A stretch of 64,000 nucleotides of DNA, taken from contig CADEDY010000009.1 in NCBI GenBank assembly GCA_902826215.1, forward strand, positions 52,304 to 116,303, in the 5' to 3' direction. The notes under the pieces were generated by a model. That model saw nothing but the letters and a program-made list of their open reading frames with translations, was not told the DNA's origin and ran no database searches. The stretch's first letter is position 1; the number at the start of each line of letters is the position of its first letter. Below are positions 35,548 through 44,292 of the stretch, piece after piece. Both the position numbers and the translations under genes were made by a program. This DNA is from an uncultured Bacteroidota bacterium (lineage in GTDB: Bacteria > Bacteroidota > Bacteroidia > Flavobacteriales_F > PHOS-HE28).

Positions 35548-36302
35548 TCAACAGTGGTATCGAGCAACACCAATTCGCCGTTGCGCAGCACGGGGATCAT
35601 GGTGCTTTGGTCCGGTGTCAGGCAATACTTCACATCGGGCAACAGCTGCAACTGTTCGATCCTTCGGCGACGTGGTGCCGCTTTCAGGATGCTCATATAG
35701 TTATCGCGACCGCTCATGAACATGTACTTGGCAGCGATGCTGCTGTCCTCCTCCACGCCGAATTTACCACTCTCGAGCAGGCGTTCCATCACGGCACCGG
35801 CGAACATGGAATCCTCCAGGTTGAATTTGTCCTTCCAGCCGGAACAGAGCAGCAGGATGTTGTCGTTCTGTTTCACCAGCCACTCGCTCAAGGCGGAAAG
35901 GTTGAGGAACGAGCCGATCACTAGCATTCGCGCATCCTTCGCCAAGCTGATGGCGCGGGTACCGTTGGTGGTGGTCATGACGATGGTCTTGCCACGGAGG
36001 TCTTCACCCACGTAGGCCAATGGGGAGTTGCCATACGCGAATCCCTCCACGACCTCTCCGTTCCGCTCGGCAGCTGCAATGAAGCCTTCGCGACCGATGT
36101 ACGGCCGCGCTTCTTCCACCGTGGCCACGGGGATGATGCGATCGATGCCGTTCTCGAATGCCGCTACCATGGCACTCGTGGCACGCAGCACATCGATCAC
36201 CACCACGATGCCCATGTCCTGTGCATACAAGGGATACTGCCCCGGCATGAAACAGACCTCCACGCGGTATTGATAGTCGACAGCTCTGTGGGTGATCTCC
36301 AT
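35544..36302 (-). CDS. comB: 2-Phosphosulfolactate phosphatase (ComB) family protein
   Basis: MEITHRAVDYQYRVEVCF...VVVIDVLRATSAMVAAFENGIDRIIPVATVEEARPY...FAYGNSPLAYVGEDLRGKTIVMTTTNGTRAISL matches ComB throughout. The start is an internal Met that overlaps the gcvT stop by 1 nt. Confidence 0.7.
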   Translation of the reverse strand: MEITHRAVDYQYRVEVCFMPGQYPLYAQDMGIVVVIDVLRATSAMVAAFENGIDRIIPVATVEEARPYIGREGFIAAAERNGEVVEGFAYGNSPLAYVGEDLRGKTIVMTTTNGTRAISLAKDARMLVIGSFLNLSALSEWLVKQNDNILLLCSGWKDKFNLEDSMFAGAVMERLLESGKFGVEEDSSIAAKYMFMSGRDNYMSILKAAPRRRRIEQLQLLPDVKYCLTPDQSTMIPVLRNGELVLLDTTVE

Positions 36303-37414
36303 CAGGGCTTGGTGAGGAAAGGCAGTTTCACCACCACCCCTTTCAAGGCTTTGCCGCGGATATCGATCCACAGTTCGCTGCCCGGCTTGGACATCTCTGT
36401 CGGCACATAGGCCATCCCGATCGGTTTTTGCAGCGTCGGGCTCATGGTGCCACTGGTGACCTTACCGATCACCTTGCCCGCTGCATCCAACACCGGATGA
36501 TCGTGCCGGGGAATGCCCCGATCGAGCAGCTCGAAACCGACGAGCTTGCGCGCAACACCGGCTTCCTTTTGCGCCTTCAACATCGGTCCGTCGATGAAAT
36601 CCTTGGTGAACTTCGTGATCCAGCCCAATCCCGCTTCGATCGGCGATGTCGTGTCGTCGATGTCGTTTCCATACAAGCAGAAGCCCATCTCCAATCGCAG
36701 TGTGTCGCGTGAGGCCAAGCCTGCCGGTTTGATCCCGTGCGGTTCGCCTGCTGCGAAGACCGCATTCCAAGCTGCTTCCGCGAGGTTGTTCGGTACATAG
36801 ATCTCGTATCCGCCAGCGCCGGTATAGCCTGTTGCAGAGATCAACACGGTGCCCACGCCTTGCATCTCGGCATATTGGGCGGTATAGTACGCCATCGCTC
36901 CAATATCCACGCTGAACAAGCTCTTGAGCGTATCCGTGGCCTTTGGACCTTGCACGGCCAGCAGGCTCATGTGGTCGCTGATATCCGACAGTTGAGCGTC
37001 GAAGGTGTTGTTCTTCTGGATCCAGACCCAGTCCTTGGCCATGTTGCTGGCGTTCACCACGAGTACATAGTGCCTGTCGTCCCCGTGCTCCATGCGATAA
37101 ACGAGCAGGTCGTCCACGATACCACCCTTGCCGTTGGGCATGCAGCTATACTGCACCTTACCTACCTCCAGTTTACTGGCGTCGTTGCTCGTGATGTGCT
37201 GGATGAGGTCCAAAGCCTGCGGACCACGCACGAGGAATTCGCCCATGTGGCTCACATCGAACACGCCCACGCTATTGCGCACGGCTTGGTGCTCATCGAT
37301 CACGCCAGTGTATTGCACAGGCATGAGGTAGCCTGCGAAGGGTACCATCTTGGCGCCAAGCTTCTCGTGGACGTGGCTGAGTGCGGTACGCTTGAGTTCA
37401 GTAGCGGTCTCCAT
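36302..37414 (-). CDS. gcvT: Glycine cleavage system T protein (aminomethyltransferase)
   Basis: METATELKRTALSHVHEKLGAKMVPFAGYLMPVQYTGVIDEHQAVRNSVGVFDVSHMGEFLVRG... is near-canonical GcvT across 370 aa. Confidence 0.9.
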   Translation of the reverse strand: METATELKRTALSHVHEKLGAKMVPFAGYLMPVQYTGVIDEHQAVRNSVGVFDVSHMGEFLVRGPQALDLIQHITSNDASKLEVGKVQYSCMPNGKGGIVDDLLVYRMEHGDDRHYVLVVNASNMAKDWVWIQKNNTFDAQLSDISDHMSLLAVQGPKATDTLKSLFSVDIGAMAYYTAQYAEMQGVGTVLISATGYTGAGGYEIYVPNNLAEAAWNAVFAAGEPHGIKPAGLASRDTLRLEMGFCLYGNDIDDTTSPIEAGLGWITKFTKDFIDGPMLKAQKEAGVARKLVGFELLDRGIPRHDHPVLDAAGKVIGKVTSGTMSPTLQKPIGMAYVPTEMSKPGSELWIDIRGKALKGVVVKLPFLTKP

Positions 37415-37452
37415 GTTCGGAAATAAGGTTCTTGTTCTGTCGGTTCAGGGCT

Positions 37453-38550
37453 TCAAGCGCGCTTGGTAGCGATCAAGGTATGGAACAGTTCCAGGTAGCG
37501 ATCGCGCCAGCCCGGAACGGAATACTGTTCCTCCACTGTTCGCCGCGCAGCCTGCCCCATGCGATCGCGAAGGTCGGCATCGGCGATCAGTTGGCCCAGT
37601 TTCGTGATCCATTCGTCGGTGGTTCCGGCCAGAAAGCCGTTCTGGCCCTCCTTCACGATGACCTTATTCACCCCTACTCGACTGAGCACCACAGGTTTGG
37701 CCATGCCCATGTATTGCAATCCTTTAAAGCCGCACTTCCCCCTGCTCCATTCGTCGTCGGGCAAGGGCATGATGCCGATGTCGATCCCAGCGAGGTCTTC
37801 CGCCTCTGTTGCACTGTTCCAACGGATGTTCTCGATGGGAAGTCCCGGCACCACCAGATCGCGGTCGCTGATGACCCGAAGAACGATGCGATCACCCCAT
37901 TGCGCGTGCAGTGCCCTTAACATGGGCAACTCCTGCACCAGATGGGCCATGCTCGTATGGCTTCCTGTCCAACCGATGACCACCGGGCCGGTTCTTGGTG
38001 CTGTGCGCATTTGTGGTCGGTAGCGCTCCGTGTCGATCACCGTGGGGATCACTTCGACATTCGCATTGTACCGTCGTGCGAAATCGGCGAGGTAATCGTT
38101 GCCACCAATGACCAGGTCGGCCAGTTCAATGATGCGCGCGGTCTTGCTGGGATCCTTCAGCCAGCGCAGCTTGCGGTTGCCCTCACTGACGTCCATGTGC
38201 CAGATCGCGTCGTCGAAGTCGAAGATCAATGGTACGCCGCAGGCTGCCAAGGCTCGCTCGAATCGGATACTGCCCGTCATGAAGGCCTCACGCTGAACAA
38301 GGATGAGGTCGTAGTCCTTCGCCGAGCGAACCTGCTCTGTGCGGCGGCGCCAGCTCTTCAGGAAGATGCCCGCCTTTGCACTGAGGTTACCGGGCGAGTA
38401 GAACTTCTTATCGTCCTCCGCATCGATCAGCGAGGCGTATACGTGCGTGAAGCCATGCTGCTCCCAGTACGGCGCGAACTGTTCGAACCGGTAGCGCTGG
38501 CTAGGCGAGCGACCGGGCCGGTGGGCGGCCACGAAGAGGATGCGGGGCAT
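37453..38550 (-). CDS. Glycosyltransferase (GT4/GT1-type GT-B fold)
   Basis: The C-terminal half resembles the GT-B nucleotide-sugar-binding Rossmann fold (VVIGWTGSHTSMAHL...GIMPLPDDEWSRGKCGFKGLQYMGMAKPVVLSRVGVNKVIVKEGQNGFLAGT). The start was taken at MPRILFVAAH. Confidence 0.65.
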   Translation of the reverse strand: MPRILFVAAHRPGRSPSQRYRFEQFAPYWEQHGFTHVYASLIDAEDDKKFYSPGNLSAKAGIFLKSWRRRTEQVRSAKDYDLILVQREAFMTGSIRFERALAACGVPLIFDFDDAIWHMDVSEGNRKLRWLKDPSKTARIIELADLVIGGNDYLADFARRYNANVEVIPTVIDTERYRPQMRTAPRTGPVVIGWTGSHTSMAHLVQELPMLRALHAQWGDRIVLRVISDRDLVVPGLPIENIRWNSATEAEDLAGIDIGIMPLPDDEWSRGKCGFKGLQYMGMAKPVVLSRVGVNKVIVKEGQNGFLAGTTDEWITKLGQLIADADLRDRMGQAARRTVEEQYSVPGWRDRYLELFHTLIATKRA

Positions 38551-38615
38551 GGTGGTGCCTGCAAAGAAAGGCGGCTTCGGCCAACGGCGCACAGGCGGCT
38601 ATCTTTCGCGCTTCG

Positions 38616-40532
38616 ATGAAGCAACAAAGGCTCTTCCCGAGGTGGGGTATCGTGGTGCTGGATCTGGCCTTGTGCCTGATCGCACTTTCGGCCGCCTATC
38701 TGTTGCGTTTCAATTTCCACGTGCCGAACGTTGAGGTGGACCTGCTCCTACCCGTGCTGCCGATCTTCCTGCTCCTTCGCGGGGCTTCCTTCTTGATCGC
38801 CGGACTGCCCCGTATGATGGTGCGGCATACGAACACGGATGATGCCAAACGGATCTTTCTGACCGTGCTTGGCGGAACGCTGGTATTCGGGTTCATCAGC
38901 GTTCTGCGCTTCCTCTTCTTCGACGGCTATTACTTCTTGCCCATATCCGTCATCATCATTGATTTCATGGGCACCGCGATCCTGTTGATCAGTTCGCGCA
39001 TCCTGTTCAAGCTCCTGCACCTTCGATCCCGCGGTGCTGGCAAGGACACGGTACGCGTGATCATCCACGGTGCCGGCGAGGCGGGCCTGATCACCAAGCG
39101 AACCCTGGAACGCGAAGGCTCGGTGAAGTACAGCGTGGAAGCGTTCGTGGATGATGACGCTGCAAAAACCGGCAAGCGGCTCGAAGGAAGCCTGGTCTAC
39201 CCGACCTCGAAGTTGCCTGAATTGTTGAAGGATGGGCCTATCGATGAAGTGATCATCGCGATACAACGGCCGGATCCAGAGCATCGACGCCGCGTGGTGG
39301 ATGCGTGTATCGCCGCGAAGGTGAAAGTGCTGACCATCCCACCGGTCACCGATTGGATCAATGGTCAACTGAGTGCTGGACAGATCCAAGAAGTCCGCAT
39401 CGAGGATCTGCTCGGCCGCGCAGTGATACAATTGGATGATGTCGAGCTGCGCTCCCAATTCACCGGACGTCGCGTGCTCGTTACCGGTGCAGCAGGTTCC
39501 ATCGGTAGCGAACTGGTGCGGCAATTGGCGCGGCTCGGGGTGAGCAAGCTGATCCTCGTGGACATTGCCGAATCCGGGTTGTACGACGTCGAGAACGAGG
39601 TGCTGCGTTCAGGTGGTGCGCCTTTGGTGGCACGCGTTGCCGATGTGCGCGATCGCGTCTCCATGGAAGCGGTATTCGCCGAGCAACAACCGCAGGTGGT
39701 GTTCCACGCGGCAGCATATAAGCATGTGCCACTGATGGAAGCCCAACCGTCGGAGGCCGTGCACACCAACATCGGTGGAAGCATTACCGTGGCGGAACTG
39801 GCTTGTGCGCATGGTGTGGAACAATTCGTCCTCATCAGTACCGACAAAGCCGTGAATCCCACCAGCGTGATGGGTGCATCGAAACGCATCGCCGAGATGG
39901 TCGTGAACAGCCTCTCCCGCACTCGACCAAAGGCACCGCGCTTTGTTACCACCCGCTTCGGCAACGTGCTTGGGTCCAGCGGCTCGGTGATCCCCCTCTT
40001 CCGCAAACAGATCGCGGCGGGTGGGCCGGTGACCGTAACGCACCCGGAGGTGAACCGTTTCTTCATGACCATTCCCGAAGCCTGCCGATTGGTGCTGGAA
40101 GCTGCCACCATGGGCAAAGGCGGCGAGATCTTCGTCTTCGACATGGGTGAGCCCGTCCGCATTGCGGAGCTTGCGGAGAAGATGATCCGTCTGAGCGGTC
40201 TGGATCCCGGTACCGACATCGCCATCACCTATACCGGACTACGACCCGGTGAAAAGCTGTACGAGGAATTGCTTGCGACCAGTGAGAACACGCTGCCCAC
40301 GCACCATCCGCGCATCCTCATCGGACAAGTGCGCAGCGATGATCCGGAGCACGTGCTGCGCGATGTGCAACATCTTGTGGCCTTGCGCGATGCTGCCGAT
40401 CAGGTGCGCCGCATGAAGCAGCTTGTGCCTGAATACCGCAGCCACAATTCGGTGTACAGTAATTTCGATGCCCCGTTGACGAAAAGCTCCGCTGAGGCGC
40501 TTGATAACGGTGGCCAAGAACCAAGGACATGA
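38616..40532 (+). CDS. Membrane-anchored nucleotide-sugar 4,6-dehydratase/epimerase (polysaccharide biosynthesis protein CapD / WbpM / PglF family)
   Basis: Four N-terminal transmembrane helices are followed by an SDR-type NAD-binding motif (VLVTGAAGSIGSELVRQLARLG). The catalytic YxxxK lies in AAAYKHVPLMEAQPSEAVHTNIGGSITV. Confidence 0.85.
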   Translation: MKQQRLFPRWGIVVLDLALCLIALSAAYLLRFNFHVPNVEVDLLLPVLPIFLLLRGASFLIAGLPRMMVRHTNTDDAKRIFLTVLGGTLVFGFISVLRFLFFDGYYFLPISVIIIDFMGTAILLISSRILFKLLHLRSRGAGKDTVRVIIHGAGEAGLITKRTLEREGSVKYSVEAFVDDDAAKTGKRLEGSLVYPTSKLPELLKDGPIDEVIIAIQRPDPEHRRRVVDACIAAKVKVLTIPPVTDWINGQLSAGQIQEVRIEDLLGRAVIQLDDVELRSQFTGRRVLVTGAAGSIGSELVRQLARLGVSKLILVDIAESGLYDVENEVLRSGGAPLVARVADVRDRVSMEAVFAEQQPQVVFHAAAYKHVPLMEAQPSEAVHTNIGGSITVAELACAHGVEQFVLISTDKAVNPTSVMGASKRIAEMVVNSLSRTRPKAPRFVTTRFGNVLGSSGSVIPLFRKQIAAGGPVTVTHPEVNRFFMTIPEACRLVLEAATMGKGGEIFVFDMGEPVRIAELAEKMIRLSGLDPGTDIAITYTGLRPGEKLYEELLATSENTLPTHHPRILIGQVRSDDPEHVLRDVQHLVALRDAADQVRRMKQLVPEYRSHNSVYSNFDAPLTKSSAEALDNGGQEPRT

Positions 40533-40933
40533 CAAGGGACAAGAACCTGGAGATCGCCCGCCTGCAGAAGGAGGTCAGTGATTATGTCGGTATGGGCGCC
40601 GACAGCCTCGTGTTCAACTACGAAGAGTTACCCAACGGGGGGGTCAATCTTTTCGTGATCACCTTGAACCAACGGCACAACCAGTCCTTCCTCTTCCACC
40701 AAGCGAACGGCAGCGATAAGGTGGATGCGCTCAACCACATGCTCGAATACGTGCGCACCTACAAGGAGCGGACGAGTAGCTATACGATCCAATGGAGCGC
40801 ACGCGGTGATAACGACCTTGAGACGTCCTACTTCCGGGCGAAGAATGTGATGGAGGCCTTGGACAAGTTGTTCTACGATCGCGACCCGAACAGCATCATC
40901 GTCTTCAGCGTTATGTTGAACCCGATCTCTTGA
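40529..40933 (+). CDS. Hypothetical protein (134 aa)
   Basis: The ORF is complete with coding GC3 and a start that overlaps the CapD stop by 4 nt (MTRDKNLEIARLQKEVSDYVGMGADSLVFNYEELPNGG...). Confidence 0.45.
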   Translation: MTRDKNLEIARLQKEVSDYVGMGADSLVFNYEELPNGGVNLFVITLNQRHNQSFLFHQANGSDKVDALNHMLEYVRTYKERTSSYTIQWSARGDNDLETSYFRAKNVMEALDKLFYDRDPNSIIVFSVMLNPIS

Positions 40934-40943
40934 GCGTGCAACG

Positions 40944-41357
40944 ATGAAGGCCGTCAATGTCCCCATTCAGATCCGCTTCGGCGATGTCGACATGGCCCGG
41001 CACGTCCACAATGCGGTGTACCTGCATTGGTTCGAGGCCGCACGCATGGCCTTGTTGCAGCAGTTCATTGCACCGAACCACGATTGGCGCAGCGAAGGTT
41101 TGATCCTGGCCCGAAACGAGGTGGACTACCGCATGCCGGTGCACTTGAACGACCTCATCGAAGCGCGCGCTTGGTGCGGCACGGTCGGCAACAAGAGCTT
41201 CGACCTGCTTTACGCCATTCACCGGCTCGATGGCGATGCACCTGGCATTTGTGCCGAAGGTCGCAGCGTGATGGTCTGCTTCGACTACAACGCGGGCAAG
41301 TCCATTTCCCTGCCCGGCGCTTGGCGCGACGCTTTGAGCCGACTTTCCGAACAGTAG
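40944..41357 (+). CDS. Acyl-CoA thioesterase of the 4HBT/YbgC (hotdog-fold) family
   Basis: IQIRFGDVDMARHVHNAVYLHWFEAARMALL...LARNEVDYRMPVHLNDLIEARAWCG is a typical hotdog thioesterase signature. Confidence 0.75.
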   Translation: MKAVNVPIQIRFGDVDMARHVHNAVYLHWFEAARMALLQQFIAPNHDWRSEGLILARNEVDYRMPVHLNDLIEARAWCGTVGNKSFDLLYAIHRLDGDAPGICAEGRSVMVCFDYNAGKSISLPGAWRDALSRLSEQ

Positions 41358-41414
41358 GTCTTATCCATTTCCGATCGACCCTTCCAACGAGGCGTCGATC
41401 CCATCCATTTCACC

Positions 41415-42134
41415 ATGCGCATCGCTCCACTGACCTTTCTTCCGCTCACCTTTCTGTTCTTCGGTTGCTCGCCGCAGGACCTTCAGAACGTGCTGGGTTC
41501 GTTCCCGGACTCCTCACCCTTGAGCAATGACGAAGTGGTGAGCGGCTTGAAAGAAGCCCTGCGCCTCGGCACCGAACGCAGCGTGCAGAAAGCGAGCATC
41601 GCAGATGGTTTCTGGAACGACGCTCGCATCCGTATCCCCTTCCCTGCTGAAGCCATCAAGGTGAAGAACACACTGCTCGACCTCGGGATCAAGAAGCCTG
41701 TGGAGGATTTCGAACACACGTTGAACACCGCCGCCGAAGCAGCCGCTAAAGAAGCCGTGCCCGTATTCGTGGATGCCATCACCAGCATGAGCATCCAGGA
41801 CGGTTTCAACCTGCTGCGGGGTGGCGAGAACGCTGCGACCAACTTCCTGCGCGAAAAGACCAGTGCTGCATTGCGGGCCAAGTTCACCCCTGTTGTGGAG
41901 CAAGCCACAGCGCAAGTGCAGTTGACCAGCTATTGGCAGCCCGTGGCCAGTGCATATAACACCGCCACTCTGCTCACGGGTGGCAAAGCCGTGGATCCCG
42001 ACTTGAACGCCTACGTGACCACCAAGGCCATGGACGGACTATTCCTTCTGCTCGCCGATGAGGAGAAGAAGATCAGGCAAGACCCCGCCGCACGCGCCAG
42101 TGCGCTCCTTCAAAAGGTCTTCGCCCAACAGTAA
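41415..42134 (+). CDS. DUF4197-family secreted lipoprotein
   Basis: A signal/lipobox is present (LTFLPLTFLFFGCSPQ). The characteristic LKEALRLGTERSVQKASIADGFWNDARIRIPFP and FLREKTSAALRAKFTPVV segments are present. Confidence 0.6.
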   Translation: MRIAPLTFLPLTFLFFGCSPQDLQNVLGSFPDSSPLSNDEVVSGLKEALRLGTERSVQKASIADGFWNDARIRIPFPAEAIKVKNTLLDLGIKKPVEDFEHTLNTAAEAAAKEAVPVFVDAITSMSIQDGFNLLRGGENAATNFLREKTSAALRAKFTPVVEQATAQVQLTSYWQPVASAYNTATLLTGGKAVDPDLNAYVTTKAMDGLFLLLADEEKKIRQDPAARASALLQKVFAQQ

Positions 42135-42210
42135 CCTCACCGAAGAATGATCCAGAGGCCAGCGGCGACCAGTCCTTGGCCGCATTGGCATTCTGTATTC
42201 CTTTGCAACC

Positions 42211-43110
42211 ATGCACGCCATCACGCTCTCCGCACCAGGCACCATCATCGCCCCTAGCGAACTCATCCTCAATCCGGACGGCTCGGTCTATCACATCGCG
42301 CTTCGGCCCGAACAACTCGGCGACCTCGTCCTCATCGTGGGCGATCAGAACCGCGTGGAGCTTATCAGTCGCCACTTCTCCACCATCGAGCACAAGGTGC
42401 AGAACCGCGAATTCGTGGCCCATACCGGCGTGTACAATGGAACGCACATCACGGCCCTCAGCACGGGCATCGGCACCGACAACATCGACATCGTTGTGAA
42501 CGAACTCGATGCCTTGGTGAACGTCGATCTCGAGGCGCGCACACCGAAAGCGAAGACGCGCTCCTTGCGCATCATCCGTTTGGGGACGTGCGGTGCCCTG
42601 CAGGAGGACATCCCGGTGGATACACGCATCATCAGTGCCTACGGCGTGGGGCTGGACAATGTGCTGCACTACTACGCCTACGAGAACACCGACGCTGAGT
42701 CGCGCTTGCTGAACGAGCTGTTGGAACAGACCGAATGGCCCGATAACCTACCCGTGCCGTACGTGGCCGCCGGCGATGCCGAACTGATCGAGCGACTGGG
42801 CTACGGCAACGTGGTGGGCATCACGCTGACCTCCGGCGGCTTCTATGGGCCGCAAGGGCGACAGCTCCGTGGTGTGCCTTCCATCGATGGCCTGAACGAG
42901 CGCTTCACCGCTTTCGCGCACGAGGATCTGCGCGCCACCAATTTCGAAATGGAGACCAGCGCGCTCTACGGTCTCGGCGGCATGTTCGGTCACCGCGTGT
43001 GTACGGTGTGTACTGTTGTGGCCAATCGCCTGCGCAAGGAATACAGCAAGGATCACCACGGTGCCATCGACCGCATGATCACCGAGGTGCTGGAGCGGGC
43101 TACGGCCTGA
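42211..43110 (+). CDS. Nucleoside phosphorylase (PNP/UDP phosphorylase family 1)
   Basis: LRPEQLGDLVLIVGDQNRV, STGIGTDNIDIVVNEL and the C-terminal FEMETSALYGL are family-1 phosphorylase hallmarks. Confidence 0.7.
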   Translation: MHAITLSAPGTIIAPSELILNPDGSVYHIALRPEQLGDLVLIVGDQNRVELISRHFSTIEHKVQNREFVAHTGVYNGTHITALSTGIGTDNIDIVVNELDALVNVDLEARTPKAKTRSLRIIRLGTCGALQEDIPVDTRIISAYGVGLDNVLHYYAYENTDAESRLLNELLEQTEWPDNLPVPYVAAGDAELIERLGYGNVVGITLTSGGFYGPQGRQLRGVPSIDGLNERFTAFAHEDLRATNFEMETSALYGLGGMFGHRVCTVCTVVANRLRKEYSKDHHGAIDRMITEVLERATA

Positions 43111-43264
43111 TATACAGGGCAAGGTTTCCACACCCCGTTGTTCGCGGATCACCTCCACATTCCTTCAACCCTCGCCGGTTGAAACATGGGTGTGCGAAGC
43201 ATTACCTTACACAAGAGGCTGGGATAGTTTCGCCCAACCACCGTGCTGAAGGATGGTAACGCCC

Positions 43265-44158
43265 ATGAGTGAAACCGAGATCCGTGCCCTGATCACCTTG
43301 ATCGACGACCCCGATGAGGTGGTGTACACGCAGGTAAGGAGCCGCATCGTGGAACTGGGCGACCATGTGGTGCCCGTGTTGGAGCGTGCGTGGGAGTATG
43401 ATGATCTCGGTGACCTCTTCCGCAACCGCATCGAGGACATCCTGCAGACCATTCACCTCGCGGCCGTTACCGACCGCTTGATCGAGTGGAAAGCGACCGG
43501 CGGCGACGACCTGCTGGAAGGTGCGCTCATCATCAGCCGGTACCGCTATCCCGATATGGACGAGCAGAAGGTGAAAGCCCGCCTCGCCTCCATCCGACAG
43601 GACATCTGGCTGGAACTGAACGACCACCTTACCGCCTTCGAGAAGGTGCGCGTGTTCAATCACATCTTCTTCCAGATCCACGGCTTCAAGGGCAACAAGC
43701 GAAACTACCACGCGCCACAGAACTCGTACATCAACGAGGTGCTCGACAGTCGCACCGGCAATCCGCTCTCGTTGGCCATCATCTACCAAGTTTTGGCCGA
43801 GGATCTGGGGCTCCCCATGCGTGGTGTCAACCTGCCCAACCACTTCGTGCTGGCCTACTTGGACGAGGATAGCATCGGTGGTGCCGATAGCGGGCAGCAG
43901 GGCGAAGAGAGTATCCTCTTTTACGTGAACGCCTTCAGCCAAGGCGACATCCTCGGTCGCAATGAGATCAACGAGTTCCTGGACAAGCTGAAGGTCGAGC
44001 ACAAGCCTTCGTTCTACACGCCGTGCACCAACATGGACATCATTCGCCGCCAGTTGAACAACCTGGCGAACAGCTACAAAAAGCTGGGCGACCCCGAGCG
44101 CTGCCAGGATCTGGAGAAGCTCCGCGACCTGCTTGGGCCATCGGACATGGAGGCGTGA
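43265..44158 (+). CDS. Transglutaminase-like / SirB1 (YchA, UPF0162) family protein
   Basis: The sequence ...GNPLSLAIIYQVLAEDLGLPMRGVNLPNHFVLAYLDE... carries the conserved transglutaminase-like core of SirB1/YchA. TPR-like helices follow at the C-terminus. Confidence 0.6.
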   Translation: MSETEIRALITLIDDPDEVVYTQVRSRIVELGDHVVPVLERAWEYDDLGDLFRNRIEDILQTIHLAAVTDRLIEWKATGGDDLLEGALIISRYRYPDMDEQKVKARLASIRQDIWLELNDHLTAFEKVRVFNHIFFQIHGFKGNKRNYHAPQNSYINEVLDSRTGNPLSLAIIYQVLAEDLGLPMRGVNLPNHFVLAYLDEDSIGGADSGQQGEESILFYVNAFSQGDILGRNEINEFLDKLKVEHKPSFYTPCTNMDIIRRQLNNLANSYKKLGDPERCQDLEKLRDLLGPSDMEA

Positions 44159-44292
44159 GAAAAGCTCCCCACGAGCGCACGAAAAGCCGAGAAGTGGCCG
44201 CATTGCGGGTGCAGAATGTGCCCCGCAGGGCTGAAGTGCCTAACAGCTCAATTACCGCGCGCGGAGTCAGAACCTGCCCTTAAGGCGGCTGT

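Noticed and set aside
37415-37452. Glycine riboswitch upstream of gcvT
   Set aside because: Only 38 nt separate the gcvT start from the upstream gene end, too short for the tandem glycine aptamers.
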